From positions 15,792-79,791 of the IMG/VR virus record IMGVR_UViG_3300023174_000003: a stretch of DNA of 64,000 bases; one strand, given 5' to 3'. Position 1 is the stretch's first letter; every line of letters begins with the position of its first letter. Source of the DNA: a virus. Below the pieces are notes generated by a model. It was not told the origin of the DNA. It made no database searches and was given only the letters and a program-made list of their open reading frames with translations. This document shows positions 55,055 to 64,000 of this stretch, piece after piece. The position numbers were made by a program, and so were the translations under genes.

Positions 55055-57343
55055 ATGGACGCCAAAGCCCGACTTAAAGAAATTGTTGACTCCTACCTTG
55101 AAAAAGACGGTGGAGCAAATATTGATACGGGCATTGTTGCGTCCCACGTAGCACAGATGAAACTCTTTGGCATCCGCCAAGGGGTAGAATTTTTTCCTGC
55201 TCAAGATAATTTTGGCAATCAACGCAAAGACTTTATAGATCGAGTACTCAAATACAACAGAATGGATACACGCCTGGATTCAATCTGGGAGTATTTCCTT
55301 TGTGATGGTCAAGGTCTGTTTTATATCCGCCCAACTGAATCTAATTACAGGCTTTATTACTTTCGTGAACACGAATATCGCTCCTTCTATGGTGTTGACG
55401 GGGAGCTAGAAGAAGTTGTTATCATCTATAGCTACAAAGTAAGGCAGGGGACAGGCTTTAGTGATGGCATAAGTGTAACAAATATCACAGGATCTTCAAT
55501 TACTGGGCCTCAAGGAGCCAAGCGTTACATTCGTTTGTCAATTAAAGCTAACACAATTGAAGAAACTCACAGTGAAGGAGAGATGTCCTTTGAAATGCCC
55601 AACTATGCAGTACCTGGGCGCACTCAAAGTTTAAAAAATACACTAGGTTTTATACCTTGTGTTGAAATTTTTAACAATCCCAAGGGTTTCTCTAATGAAG
55701 GTGTTGGAGAATTTGATGCATTAGCCAACCATATTGTCACGCACGATGAAATGGTACGCACAATGCGTAAGAATGTGCAGTTTTTTGGTAATCCAACCCT
55801 ACTTTCCTCCAGGCCTAAGACAGATTTGATGGAATCAGGGTCTGACTCTGTGGTACAACGTCCATCTATTGCAGCAAACTCCGGTTTTACCGGGATGGGT
55901 GCGTTAAGCCAGTCAAGATTTAAGTCTGACCCCCTCTCCAGGGGTATGGATGGTCAAATTCGGGTACCAAGGGTGATTGCCAACCTGGAACCCAATGACC
56001 GAGTCGGTTATATTGTTCCAGATGCTATCACTGGTGACCAAAATAACTTTGCCCGCCAGTATCGAGAGGAAATACGTACTGCTCTTGGTGGTGTAGACGA
56101 ACTATCCATTTCTGCAGGCGTAACAGCTACTGAATACAAGTCATTGTTCGGTCGTGTGTCAGCAACATCTAAGAAAAAAGCAAATGCTATTTACACTTAT
56201 GGGATTTCTCGTTGTTTAGAAATTATTATTTACCAAGAAGAACGTTTGTTCCGTGAAACACTAGCCGCAGCTGCAGGAATTGAAAAACCAATAGAGCCTA
56301 CCGAAGAAACTCCTCCTGATGAACGTCGCCTTTATGATGCCGCAATGGAAGGTTTTGAGGAAAAAGTAAAGCAGTTCATGATGGCATGTCTTAAGACACA
56401 ACAAATTCCGCAAGGTGTTCTTGGCCTAGTACCAGATGGCGATATTACAATACAATGGCGTTGGTTAGGACCTGTTTATGAAGATTCAACACAAGATGTT
56501 TTAAACAATTCTATTGTGGTACGTAACCTCCAAGAGTTAGGTGTTGATAGTATTGAAGCACTGAAGTACCTCTTCCCGTCAAAAACGGATGAGGAGCGGG
56601 CCGCGATGTTATCGGGGTTCCCGTTCAGAATGGTGGGTGAATTGCAGAGTGCATACTCTCAATTTGCCAAGTTGGTGGGGGGCATGATGCAGACCCCTCA
56701 TCCACAATCACCAGATTTACCGATGGCCGCAGACCCTCGTCTCGACCTCACACCTTATCTGTATCGCACATTAGAAGCATTACAAAAGGAGATGAGTTAT
56801 GCAGGACGCTACCGTCCAATCGATCCCACAGATGAGCCCAGTACAGGCAGCAGTAGCTCCAAGCAGCTACGTGGCGGTACCGGCTCCTCAAGCTCCGGCA
56901 CCGGCTTACCAGGGACCGATCAATTACCAGGTGGGTACCAGCTACCCCCAAGCGGTTCCTCAGGTGACTACCAGTTACCAATCAAGCCCTACTCAGTACG
57001 CCCCCCAATCCCAACAAGTGGCTCCCCAGAGCAGCCCATGGGAATCGGCGTTCAACAAAGTAGTGGGACTGCTGAGCGCACCAGTCCAATCCCCGTTCCA
57101 GGGTCAACCCTCGGCTCCGACACAACAGTACGCCCCGGCCAATTATGGTCAGGTGCCCAGCGCCCAACCTACGCCCAACTGGGAGACGCAGACCTCGTAT
57201 CCCAACCAGGTATCCTCGCCCAATTATTCCCAAACTTCTTCGAGTCCCTCACTAGCAGAAGTAGCGGATTACCTCAACCTGAGCAACGAAAGCCGTCAGG
57301 TGATCGACGCGTTCGGGGTAGAGGCACCAGCCGTCCTAAATAA
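55055..57343 (+). CDS. portal protein with overlapping C-terminal extension
   Basis: Between terL and scaffold/capsid; NTLGFIPCVEIFN..EFDALANHI pattern typical of portals. Confidence 0.7.
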   Translation: MDAKARLKEIVDSYLEKDGGANIDTGIVASHVAQMKLFGIRQGVEFFPAQDNFGNQRKDFIDRVLKYNRMDTRLDSIWEYFLCDGQGLFYIRPTESNYRLYYFREHEYRSFYGVDGELEEVVIIYSYKVRQGTGFSDGISVTNITGSSITGPQGAKRYIRLSIKANTIEETHSEGEMSFEMPNYAVPGRTQSLKNTLGFIPCVEIFNNPKGFSNEGVGEFDALANHIVTHDEMVRTMRKNVQFFGNPTLLSSRPKTDLMESGSDSVVQRPSIAANSGFTGMGALSQSRFKSDPLSRGMDGQIRVPRVIANLEPNDRVGYIVPDAITGDQNNFARQYREEIRTALGGVDELSISAGVTATEYKSLFGRVSATSKKKANAIYTYGISRCLEIIIYQEERLFRETLAAAAGIEKPIEPTEETPPDERRLYDAAMEGFEEKVKQFMMACLKTQQIPQGVLGLVPDGDITIQWRWLGPVYEDSTQDVLNNSIVVRNLQELGVDSIEALKYLFPSKTDEERAAMLSGFPFRMVGELQSAYSQFAKLVGGMMQTPHPQSPDLPMAADPRLDLTPYLYRTLEALQKEMSYAGRYRPIDPTDEPSTGSSSSKQLRGGTGSSSSGTGLPGTDQLPGGYQLPPSGSSGDYQLPIKPYSVRPPIPTSGSPEQPMGIGVQQSSGTAERTSPIPVPGSTLGSDTTVRPGQLWSGAQRPTYAQLGDADLVSQPGILAQLFPNFFESLTSRSSGLPQPEQRKPSGDRRVRGRGTSRPK

Positions 57344-57767
57344 CTATGCTCTCCAGCTTGAAACAATGCTGGATAGTGCCGTTAACTGGGGCCAAAAAGC
57401 CCAGGATGTTATTACTGGCTATGCTCAATTCAGCGTGAACGAGCATCAAGAGAATCTCGCTTATAACGAAATCCTCACTAACCCTGATGTACTGAGTGAC
57501 TACACCCTGAAGTTCTTCGGTCCAGAAGGTCCTTATCCCGTATATGAAAGTGAGGCTCAATTGGAAACTCCTGGTTATCGCACTGAGCAAGTGAACCCCA
57601 GCTATGGGAACTTCCCTGCTCCCCCCGCTGCTTCTGCTCCTCAACAACCCCAAAACTTCTGGGGTGGTTTTAACGAAGCAATGGCACGTGATCCCCAAAA
57701 TGCTTGGCGCATTCTGAACCAAGCTCAGCCTGGCACTGTTGCAAACAAACTGTTTGTGATGGAGTAA
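56799..57767 (+). CDS. capsid scaffolding-like protein
   Basis: AAGGAG upstream of the ATG; P/Q/S-rich N-terminus plus helical core; upstream of the capsid gene. Confidence 0.65.
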   Translation: MQDATVQSIPQMSPVQAAVAPSSYVAVPAPQAPAPAYQGPINYQVGTSYPQAVPQVTTSYQSSPTQYAPQSQQVAPQSSPWESAFNKVVGLLSAPVQSPFQGQPSAPTQQYAPANYGQVPSAQPTPNWETQTSYPNQVSSPNYSQTSSSPSLAEVADYLNLSNESRQVIDAFGVEAPAVLNNYALQLETMLDSAVNWGQKAQDVITGYAQFSVNEHQENLAYNEILTNPDVLSDYTLKFFGPEGPYPVYESEAQLETPGYRTEQVNPSYGNFPAPPAASAPQQPQNFWGGFNEAMARDPQNAWRILNQAQPGTVANKLFVME

Positions 57768-57771
57768 GGCA

Positions 57772-58296
57772 ATGATGGGTCAAATGGGTAACAGAATAAG
57801 GCAAGCAGGTGAGGAACTGTCTGGGGCTCTTGCTGGTAAGTATGCTCCTCTAATTGGCGCCCTTGGTGGCGCCGCCATTGGTGCTGGTGGTTCTGTCCTT
57901 GGTAACGTAGTAAATGACCAGGTCGATAAAAAAGGTCCTGGTCGAATTGCGTTAGAAGCATTGGGTGCAGGTGGCTTAGCAGCTATCCCTGGCTTTGCTG
58001 GTGGAAGACTGGCTAAGCAACAACAAGTACTCAATAAAACAGGTGTAGCACTAGGCCCACTTGAGAAAGCTCTATATACAGCAGGGCAGGCTTCAGCTCC
58101 TTTGAGTAGTGTCGCTTATGGCGGCCTTGGTGGATTAGTTGGTGGCGGTGTTGCAAATGCCGCTGGCATGGTTGGTATTCCAGGCATGCAATCTAACTAT
58201 GTTGACCCTGAGGGTTATGGTTCAAGTAATTCTCAAATGGCGCGTCCTATGTACAAGCAGACTACGGCATCAGCACCCACAAGGTATTATAGCTAA
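57772..58296 (+). CDS. Gly/Ala-rich virion protein
   Basis: Glycine-zipper segments. Confidence 0.6.
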   Translation: MMGQMGNRIRQAGEELSGALAGKYAPLIGALGGAAIGAGGSVLGNVVNDQVDKKGPGRIALEALGAGGLAAIPGFAGGRLAKQQQVLNKTGVALGPLEKALYTAGQASAPLSSVAYGGLGGLVGGGVANAAGMVGIPGMQSNYVDPEGYGSSNSQMARPMYKQTTASAPTRYYS

Positions 58297-58395
58297 CAGC
58301 TAAATTAATACCTGCTAAACTTTATACAGATAAGACATCTACGTGTCTTTATCTTTCACCGTTAAATTTCTTACGACACCGGAGGATAAAACCAA

Positions 58396-60385
58396 GTGTT
58401 TATTGATAGCTAGTTCAGATCCTGGTAGGTGTGTCCTTTTAGGATTTGGTAAATAGCTACGTGATTACAGTTAAATTTTTTAGCAATCTTTCTATAAGAA
58501 AGGCCTGCTTCTTTAAGCGATTTAATTTGTACCACGTCTGCCGAAGAAAACTTTCTTAAAGATTTTTTCGGTTTCCCTTTACTGGCAAAACCGTTGTTCT
58601 TGTAGCAACCAGTCTCCCAAGCCCTAAGTAAGTTTTCTTGTTTAGTTACGACCTCAAGATTATCAACACAGTTATTACGCTTGTTGTTGTCCTTGTGATC
58701 GACCTGAAGTGAAAAATTATGAATGCCGTGAGACTCAAGGTTTAAATCAAGAAAAGCAACAGCCATTAAGACATGCAAATGAAAGCGTTTTCTTTTTCCA
58801 TTAACAAGAATTGAAACTCTGTCATATGCACTGGTTGAGCTGATTGGAAGAGGTATAAATTCTTCCTTATTGTTTGAGTCAAGTTTTTTCTCAAACGCCC
58901 TGCCCTCCCTGGTCAAGTAAAGGTTACCAAATCCTAATACAAGTTTGGGTTCCATGTTGTTGATAAACAATTTCCCAAACTATAACATACCTCAACTGAA
59001 CGCTCAGCGTTGTCACCTCACCGAGCAATCGATGAGTGAAAACCGGATGAATTCAGGGAAACCCTAACGTAAAGCCGAGGGCAATCCTGAGCCAAGCCAA
59101 TCAAGTTCGTGATTGGAAGGTGCAGAGACTACTGGGGGTAACACGCTCTTGTTACGTAATACCAGATTTAGCGTCCGGCATCCCACGTGGATGAAGAGAT
59201 AGTCCACCCCCTTAAGAGATTAAGGACCAGGAGAACGATTTTCCGAAGATTCTTGGTGCCGAACTGTATCGGCCCCACCCCGCATACATTTGCGAAATGG
59301 CTGTTGAGCCCGTGGTGGTCCATGACTTCACCCGCCAACCTGGCCAAACCGTTCAACTAGATCGCTATAAGTTCTGGGGTACTCCTGGTACTAAGGACAG
59401 CCGCGAACGGATTTCCGATCAAACCATCGGTACCGCCAATAGCCGTAACATCACCAAGGAAAAAGTCCTTGTGGTGCTTAAGGAATACACTGGTCCCGCT
59501 GACCCGTCTGATCCTACCCAACCTTCGACCTTTAAGATTGCACGGGAAACCCTGATTACCGCCCAACGTCTCCTTCTGGATACAGGTAATCTGAATATGT
59601 TCCACCAGTCCATTGGTTCACTGACCCTCTTGGACGACTACCGCCGGTGGCGCGACCGTGTGTTTATTGACGAACTTGCCAAGGCAGAAGCCAATGGTGA
59701 AGCTTCTACCACCCAAGGTGGTTACTACTTCCCTGCTGGTAAGACCAAGAACGCCTCTGGTCAAATTGCTTACACCACTGCTGAGTACGCAGCACAAGTT
59801 CAGCAATTCCACGTTTCAACTGACTTGTTGAACGTTGTTAAGGATCTACGCAAGCGTAACGTTCCTACCTTCTCTGATGGTCTGTATCGTTGCATTTGCG
59901 ATCCTACTTTCATGATGCACCTGCGTCGTGACGCTGACTTCCGTGAAATCGCCCGTTACTCTGGTAACCCTGGTCAAGGCATGTACATGGGTAACCCCAT
60001 GATGCCTAACAACGCTAGCTTCTATCAAGGTCCCCAAGCTGGTCAAGGTTACTTCCTTGCTGGCGAACCTGTGATGCCTACTGGCGTTCAGTTTGAAGGT
60101 GTGAAGTTCTACGAATCAACCAACTTCCCCACCAAGACCATTGCCGCTAGTTTCACTGATAGCCCCTCTTACACCAACCAAGAAGTTGCCCAAGGTTTCT
60201 TCTTTGGTCCCCAAGCAATTGGCGTTGGCGTTGGTGGTCCTAATGCTCAAGTTCTCATTAACAACAATGATGACTTTAGCCGCTTCATCATCTTGATCTG
60301 GCAACTGTATGCTGGTTTTGAAATCCTCAACAAGGACTTTGTTACCAACGGTTACAGTTTTGTCAGCGATGATGGCATTCTTTGA
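58396..60385 (+). CDS. major capsid protein, spliced: exon 1 58396-58407, exon 2 59234-60385 (387 aa)
   Basis: GGAGG RBS, then GTG TTT ATT GAT | AAC GAT TTT CCG gives MFIDNDFPKILGAELYRPHP; body has PGQTVQLDRY..LKEY..FEGVKFYEST..DDFSR, HK97/N4-gp56-like. Confidence 0.85.
58408..59233 (+). mobile_element. group I intron (trnL/IC3-like core) in the major capsid gene
   Basis: 5' exon ends in U and intron ends in G; IGS CGTTGTCA 59008-59015; P AATTCAGGGAAAC, Q AATCCTGAGC, R GTGCAGAGACT, S AAGAGATAGTCC; P3 CCGGATG/CGTCCGG. Confidence 0.92.
58410..58970 (-). CDS. intron-encoded HNH homing endonuclease (antisense) with C-terminal HTH
   Basis: HLHVLMAVAFL..VDHKDNNKRNNCVDNLEVVTKQEN; SYRKIAKKFNCN. Confidence 0.88.
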   Translation of the reverse strand: MFINNMEPKLVLGFGNLYLTREGRAFEKKLDSNNKEEFIPLPISSTSAYDRVSILVNGKRKRFHLHVLMAVAFLDLNLESHGIHNFSLQVDHKDNNKRNNCVDNLEVVTKQENLLRAWETGCYKNNGFASKGKPKKSLRKFSSADVVQIKSLKEAGLSYRKIAKKFNCNHVAIYQILKGHTYQDLN

Positions 60386-60416
60386 TATCAATAAGTAAAC
60401 CAACAAGGAGAGATAA

Positions 60417-61214
60417 ATGACCTACCTGTCTACTAAAAAGATCTACCCCGGTAACTGGGTAGAAGCCCTCAACGGCTGGTACAAAAACATTGATACCACC
60501 GGCGGCACCACCGTTAATGCTTCCAAGGATGGCCCCACATCCGTTCTTGCTATTCCCGGCTGGCGTTATTTTCAACAACGTGGCTATGTGCCCGTAACCT
60601 GGGCATCAGGTACCGCTACCACTTATGGTCAAACCATGAGTGTGATTATTCCTTCCCCTTACCGTCAAGATGACACTCGTCCTGACATCACTGGGATGGT
60701 GATCAGCGGTGACACTACGCAATCTGCCTACGTTTATCGTTCTGCAATCTCTATTGCCTCTGGCTGGGGTGATGGCCGCGTATCTTCTGGTGTTTATGCC
60801 ACCACTGGTACGGTGATTGCATTCGGTCGTGACAATGCTGGTAGCCCCGTAGCTGCTTCAGGTGAGCCTGCAGCTGCTGCTGTGCTTAGCTCTACTGTTT
60901 CAGGTGATGCCTCCACCAAAATCTTCTTCTCTGGAGGCACTCAAGCACTGAGTTCAACGCCATTGCTCATCACCTCTGGTACTCCAACCGTTACGGGAGC
61001 ATGTGTTGCACTGACCACTGGTACTACCTTTAAGGTATATGCCAAGGGTTCTGCTGCAGCTACTTCTGCCACTGGTGGTGTATACCTATCCGATGCTGAC
61101 GTTGCTGCTGGCCTCACTGGTTATATCTTGGTTGAAGCTTGCTTTATCGTTCCTGATAACGCCCCTCAGTACGATGACATTGAAGCTTATCTGCCTAACC
61201 GCACCGTAAGCTGA
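60417..61214 (+). CDS. structural protein (decoration or tail-tube-like)
   Basis: AGGAG RBS; T/G/S/A beta-rich; directly after the capsid gene. Confidence 0.65.
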   Translation: MTYLSTKKIYPGNWVEALNGWYKNIDTTGGTTVNASKDGPTSVLAIPGWRYFQQRGYVPVTWASGTATTYGQTMSVIIPSPYRQDDTRPDITGMVISGDTTQSAYVYRSAISIASGWGDGRVSSGVYATTGTVIAFGRDNAGSPVAASGEPAAAAVLSSTVSGDASTKIFFSGGTQALSSTPLLITSGTPTVTGACVALTTGTTFKVYAKGSAAATSATGGVYLSDADVAAGLTGYILVEACFIVPDNAPQYDDIEAYLPNRTVS

Positions 61215-61242
61215 TTAGGTTAAACTAATACCAGAACTTCTG

Positions 61243-61659
61243 GTGTCTATGCTTTACCAACACACAAAAACCGGTGCACGGGTCAAGGTTATTAGTGAAT
61301 GGGATAACGGCGATTGGTTCCTGGTCGAAGATCAAGACAGTCGCCTTTTTACCGTTTACAAAAGCGAGATCAAGCCCGATGAGTCTGCCACTAAAACGGT
61401 TAAGACTCTACAAGTAAAAGATAAAGCAGCAGCAGAAGAACCCCGTAGTTTCCCGCCCGAAACTCGCCTTAATATAAATTCAGCAACACCACAAATGATT
61501 GCTGATCATATTAAGGGAATTGGTCTCAAGACTGCACGGGAAATTAAGGATATACAGATGAGTCTTTCCGGTGAAAGATTTAGTAACTTAGAACAGTTAA
61601 AGCAAGTGCGTCGGGTTGATTGGGATTCTGTCTTTGCTGCTAATCTGGTACGTGTGTGA
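61243..61659 (+). CDS. helix-hairpin-helix (ComEA-like) domain protein
   Basis: LNINSATPQMIADHIKGIGLKTAREI..RFSNLEQLKQV. Confidence 0.75.
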   Translation: MSMLYQHTKTGARVKVISEWDNGDWFLVEDQDSRLFTVYKSEIKPDESATKTVKTLQVKDKAAAEEPRSFPPETRLNINSATPQMIADHIKGIGLKTAREIKDIQMSLSGERFSNLEQLKQVRRVDWDSVFAANLVRV

Positions 61660-61662
61660 TAT

Positions 61663-61691
61663 AAGCCCTGCTTCGGCAGGGTTTTTTATTT
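61663..61691 (+). terminator. intrinsic terminator
   Basis: GCCCTGC-TTCG-GCAGGGT-TTTTTATTT. Confidence 0.9.
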
Positions 61692-61714
61692 TAGAATAGT
61701 AATAAAATATTTAT

Positions 61715-62503
61715 ATGACTACCATTCGCTCAGGCTTTACTGGTCCCTCTAAAAAAATAGGCGGCTCTACTGATTATCATATTGATCTTAAACTTTTAAA
61801 TTCGTTACCCCTTGCAGAACGAGTAAAAGTTTTTGATACTCTTGCTGAACGATACGGGCAAAATAAAAGAAACATTGAATTTTCTAATCCCGGCGTTTCA
61901 GGTAATATTTATAATCCCAATGTACCTTTTTCAGAACGAGCAGCTCTGCTTCAAAGAGCAGCTGGAGCACATGCACCCTCGTCTGCATCTTTTAGTTCTT
62001 ATGATTTCTACGTTCCTTTTCAAGGTCAGTCTAGATTTAAAAAAGGAGCTGTAGAAGATGCTTCTATTTATATTCCTACGGTTGCAGGAGGAAGCGTAAA
62101 GCGTGGTTCTGGGGGAGGGTATGGATATTATTCAGAAGCACTAGATCCATCGGGAAAAGTTTTATACCGTGTAGGTCACGGTAATGTTGATCGTCCAGAA
62201 AAAGACGGGGGTTTACTTGTTCCAAAAGTTCCTGAATTACCTTCTTCCGAGTCTCAAATTGCGCTTGATCAGCGTGTACAAGGACAGAAAGAAGGCGCAA
62301 ATGCTGTGGCAGATTTAATGCAAAAACTTTTATATGGTGAACCAAAAGAAGAAACCGGTATGTTTGGTGAAAAATTAAACAGTATGATTGCAGGCAGAAT
62401 AAATAGCAATAGAGCTTTTGTTAATGAATTTTTGCAATACAATCCTTACATACAAGGAAAGCAACAGGCAACAACAGATTTTCTTTCTGGCATGCTTGGA
62501 TAG
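61715..62503 (+). CDS. hypothetical virion protein, possibly a degenerate/permuted M23-like fold
   Basis: GSTDYHIDLK; GGGYGYY..VGHG. Confidence 0.5.
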   Translation: MTTIRSGFTGPSKKIGGSTDYHIDLKLLNSLPLAERVKVFDTLAERYGQNKRNIEFSNPGVSGNIYNPNVPFSERAALLQRAAGAHAPSSASFSSYDFYVPFQGQSRFKKGAVEDASIYIPTVAGGSVKRGSGGGYGYYSEALDPSGKVLYRVGHGNVDRPEKDGGLLVPKVPELPSSESQIALDQRVQGQKEGANAVADLMQKLLYGEPKEETGMFGEKLNSMIAGRINSNRAFVNEFLQYNPYIQGKQQATTDFLSGMLG

Positions 62504-62541
62504 TTACTTGACTTATAATAAAAAAATGAGGATAACACAAA

Positions 62542-63003
62542 GTGCAATTATCTGATTTTGACAAAAGTAGAGTAAGGTATCATCTAGGGTATTTTACGGT
62601 TTCTGTTCCAGCGGGTGACTATGCCCGCCTGGAGGAGTCCCTTAATACTGTTCCTGATTCTTTCTTTTACGATAAGATCATTATTCAGATTGGTCGCTGT
62701 GATACAGCTGAGAAAAAAACTGAGGTAGCCTCATCGCCTTCTACTAGAATTGAAAGTATTCTTGGTGACGTTGATCGTACAATTCGATCAAGTAATGCCA
62801 AGGAAGCTCTCAAGGTATGGGACGAAGTATACTTATACGAAACCAATCGTTTGGCCATGATTCTTTATGTGCCAAACTATAAAGATCCCTTCCAAGCTCG
62901 TTATCGGTACGAGCGCTCAGGTGCTGAATTTATTCAAGCACTCCCTGGTCCCGCTGATACTGCTGTTGGTAGCCGTATTTGGTTACATCTAAATCATAGG
63001 TGA
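62542..63003 (+). CDS. head-tail adaptor-like protein
   Basis: LSDFDKSRVRYHLGY N-terminus; position after head genes. Confidence 0.5.
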   Translation: MQLSDFDKSRVRYHLGYFTVSVPAGDYARLEESLNTVPDSFFYDKIIIQIGRCDTAEKKTEVASSPSTRIESILGDVDRTIRSSNAKEALKVWDEVYLYETNRLAMILYVPNYKDPFQARYRYERSGAEFIQALPGPADTAVGSRIWLHLNHR

Positions 63004-63008
63004 AAACA

Positions 63009-64000
63009 ATGAACCCATTTCAACAACTATTACAACAAGCAGGAAAGTTAGGCATTGGCTTTAAAGCTCAACAATTTGCCAAACCTATTGCTGATGCAGT
63101 AACTAATCCAAATACATATCGACAACTAGCAAACGCAGCTGAACAAACTCTTGGTAAATCATTGCCAGCTGAGTTTCGTGGTATTAACTTTGGTAATATA
63201 CCAGCGCGAGCAACTGGCTATATAAACGATGTGGCTCAGATGGTGCCCGGTGCCGCAAGAGATATTAAATCAGGTGCCGTACAAGGAATGTTGGATTCCA
63301 TAGTAGGTCGTAGTCCTCGCCCAACAGGATTAATGCAAGGCAGAATGCCTGTTGCTAGGCCCCTTAATCCCCCCGCATTCTTTCAACAAATTGGTGCCCC
63401 TGATCCTTATGCACAAAACTATGAGCTTACCCGCCAACTTATAAAAAATACGGGTGGAAAAACATTAGCAGATGTAGCTGAAAGATTAGCTACTCCATCA
63501 CGAAACGTAGGAGATTTGTTTGAAGGTTTAGGCGGTCAAGCACAAAATTTACAACGTCAAGTACAATCTGGTCTTCAAACTAAAGTTGGACAAGTTGGTA
63601 GTATTTACAAAAATCTTCAGGGGCTTGGGCCAACCGCTCTTAATCCTTTAGAAACACGAACACCAACAACTTTACTTGGAAAAGTAGGTAAGACGTTTAA
63701 CCCGCTTAATCCAGCTAATATTGGTGGAATGGCAGCGGGTGGTTTAATATCTGGTTTATTTTCTGAAAATGACCCAAATAAAGGTAATGCAGAACTCTTT
63801 GCTGGAATGCCTGGTCTGCTTCCAAAAATTGCAGCAACAACAATATTGGGTGCTACTCCTGCTGGTGTTTCTAATGAACAAGAAGCAAATTTAATTCGTC
63901 AATCAAATGCACGAAGTCAATTTGGAAAAAATTATAAAGTAAACGGTATTGAATATGATGTAAAAACAGGACGTGCAATAAACCCACCTGCCAATGTATT
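63009..64000 (+). CDS. hypothetical virion protein, truncated by the window end
   Basis: MNPFQQLLQQAGKLG..; frame appears to stay open to the end of the window. Confidence 0.6.
   Translation, partial: MNPFQQLLQQAGKLGIGFKAQQFAKPIADAVTNPNTYRQLANAAEQTLGKSLPAEFRGINFGNIPARATGYINDVAQMVPGAARDIKSGAVQGMLDSIVGRSPRPTGLMQGRMPVARPLNPPAFFQQIGAPDPYAQNYELTRQLIKNTGGKTLADVAERLATPSRNVGDLFEGLGGQAQNLQRQVQSGLQTKVGQVGSIYKNLQGLGPTALNPLETRTPTTLLGKVGKTFNPLNPANIGGMAAGGLISGLFSENDPNKGNAELFAGMPGLLPKIAATTILGATPAGVSNEQEANLIRQSNARSQFGKNYKVNGIEYDVKTGRAINPPANV

Noticed and set aside
59297-60385. ORF-track start of the capsid at MAVEP
   Set aside because: The frame extends upstream to the 3' splice site at 59234, and the RBS and start lie at 58381-58398

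Overview
The window is a 64-kb segment of a tailed dsDNA phage (Caudoviricetes). Its gene content (SpeD, Dps, an NblA-like ORF, a cyanopodovirus-type PolA and a trnL-like group I intron core) points to a freshwater cyanophage; the host assignment is inferred. Layout: tail fibre and endolysin (+, 1-2.7 kb); a mostly minus-strand replication, accessory and early arm (2.7-40.3 kb) with prim-pol/D5 helicase, exonuclease, glycosyl- and methyltransferases, SSB, PolA and many small ORFs; a strand switch at about 40.4-40.8 kb; and a plus-strand virion and packaging arm with probable internal proteins, terminase, portal, scaffold and major capsid. Main findings: (1) The terminase intein has no in-frame endonuclease; instead a complete Zn-finger/HNH ORF is overprinted in the +1 frame inside it. 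(2) A group I intron sits after codon 4 of the major capsid gene, and its HNH gene lies antisense in the P1 loop. (3) The early arm carries four families of compact structured leader elements about 20-25 nt upstream of starts lacking a Shine-Dalgarno sequence: a covarying H-type pseudoknot (8 copies), a tRNA-like T-loop plus pseudoknot unit (3), an internal-loop hairpin (3) and a G-run hairpin (3). A separate ~300-nt highly structured non-coding locus lies among them. All family assignments come from motif recognition by eye; no searches were run.
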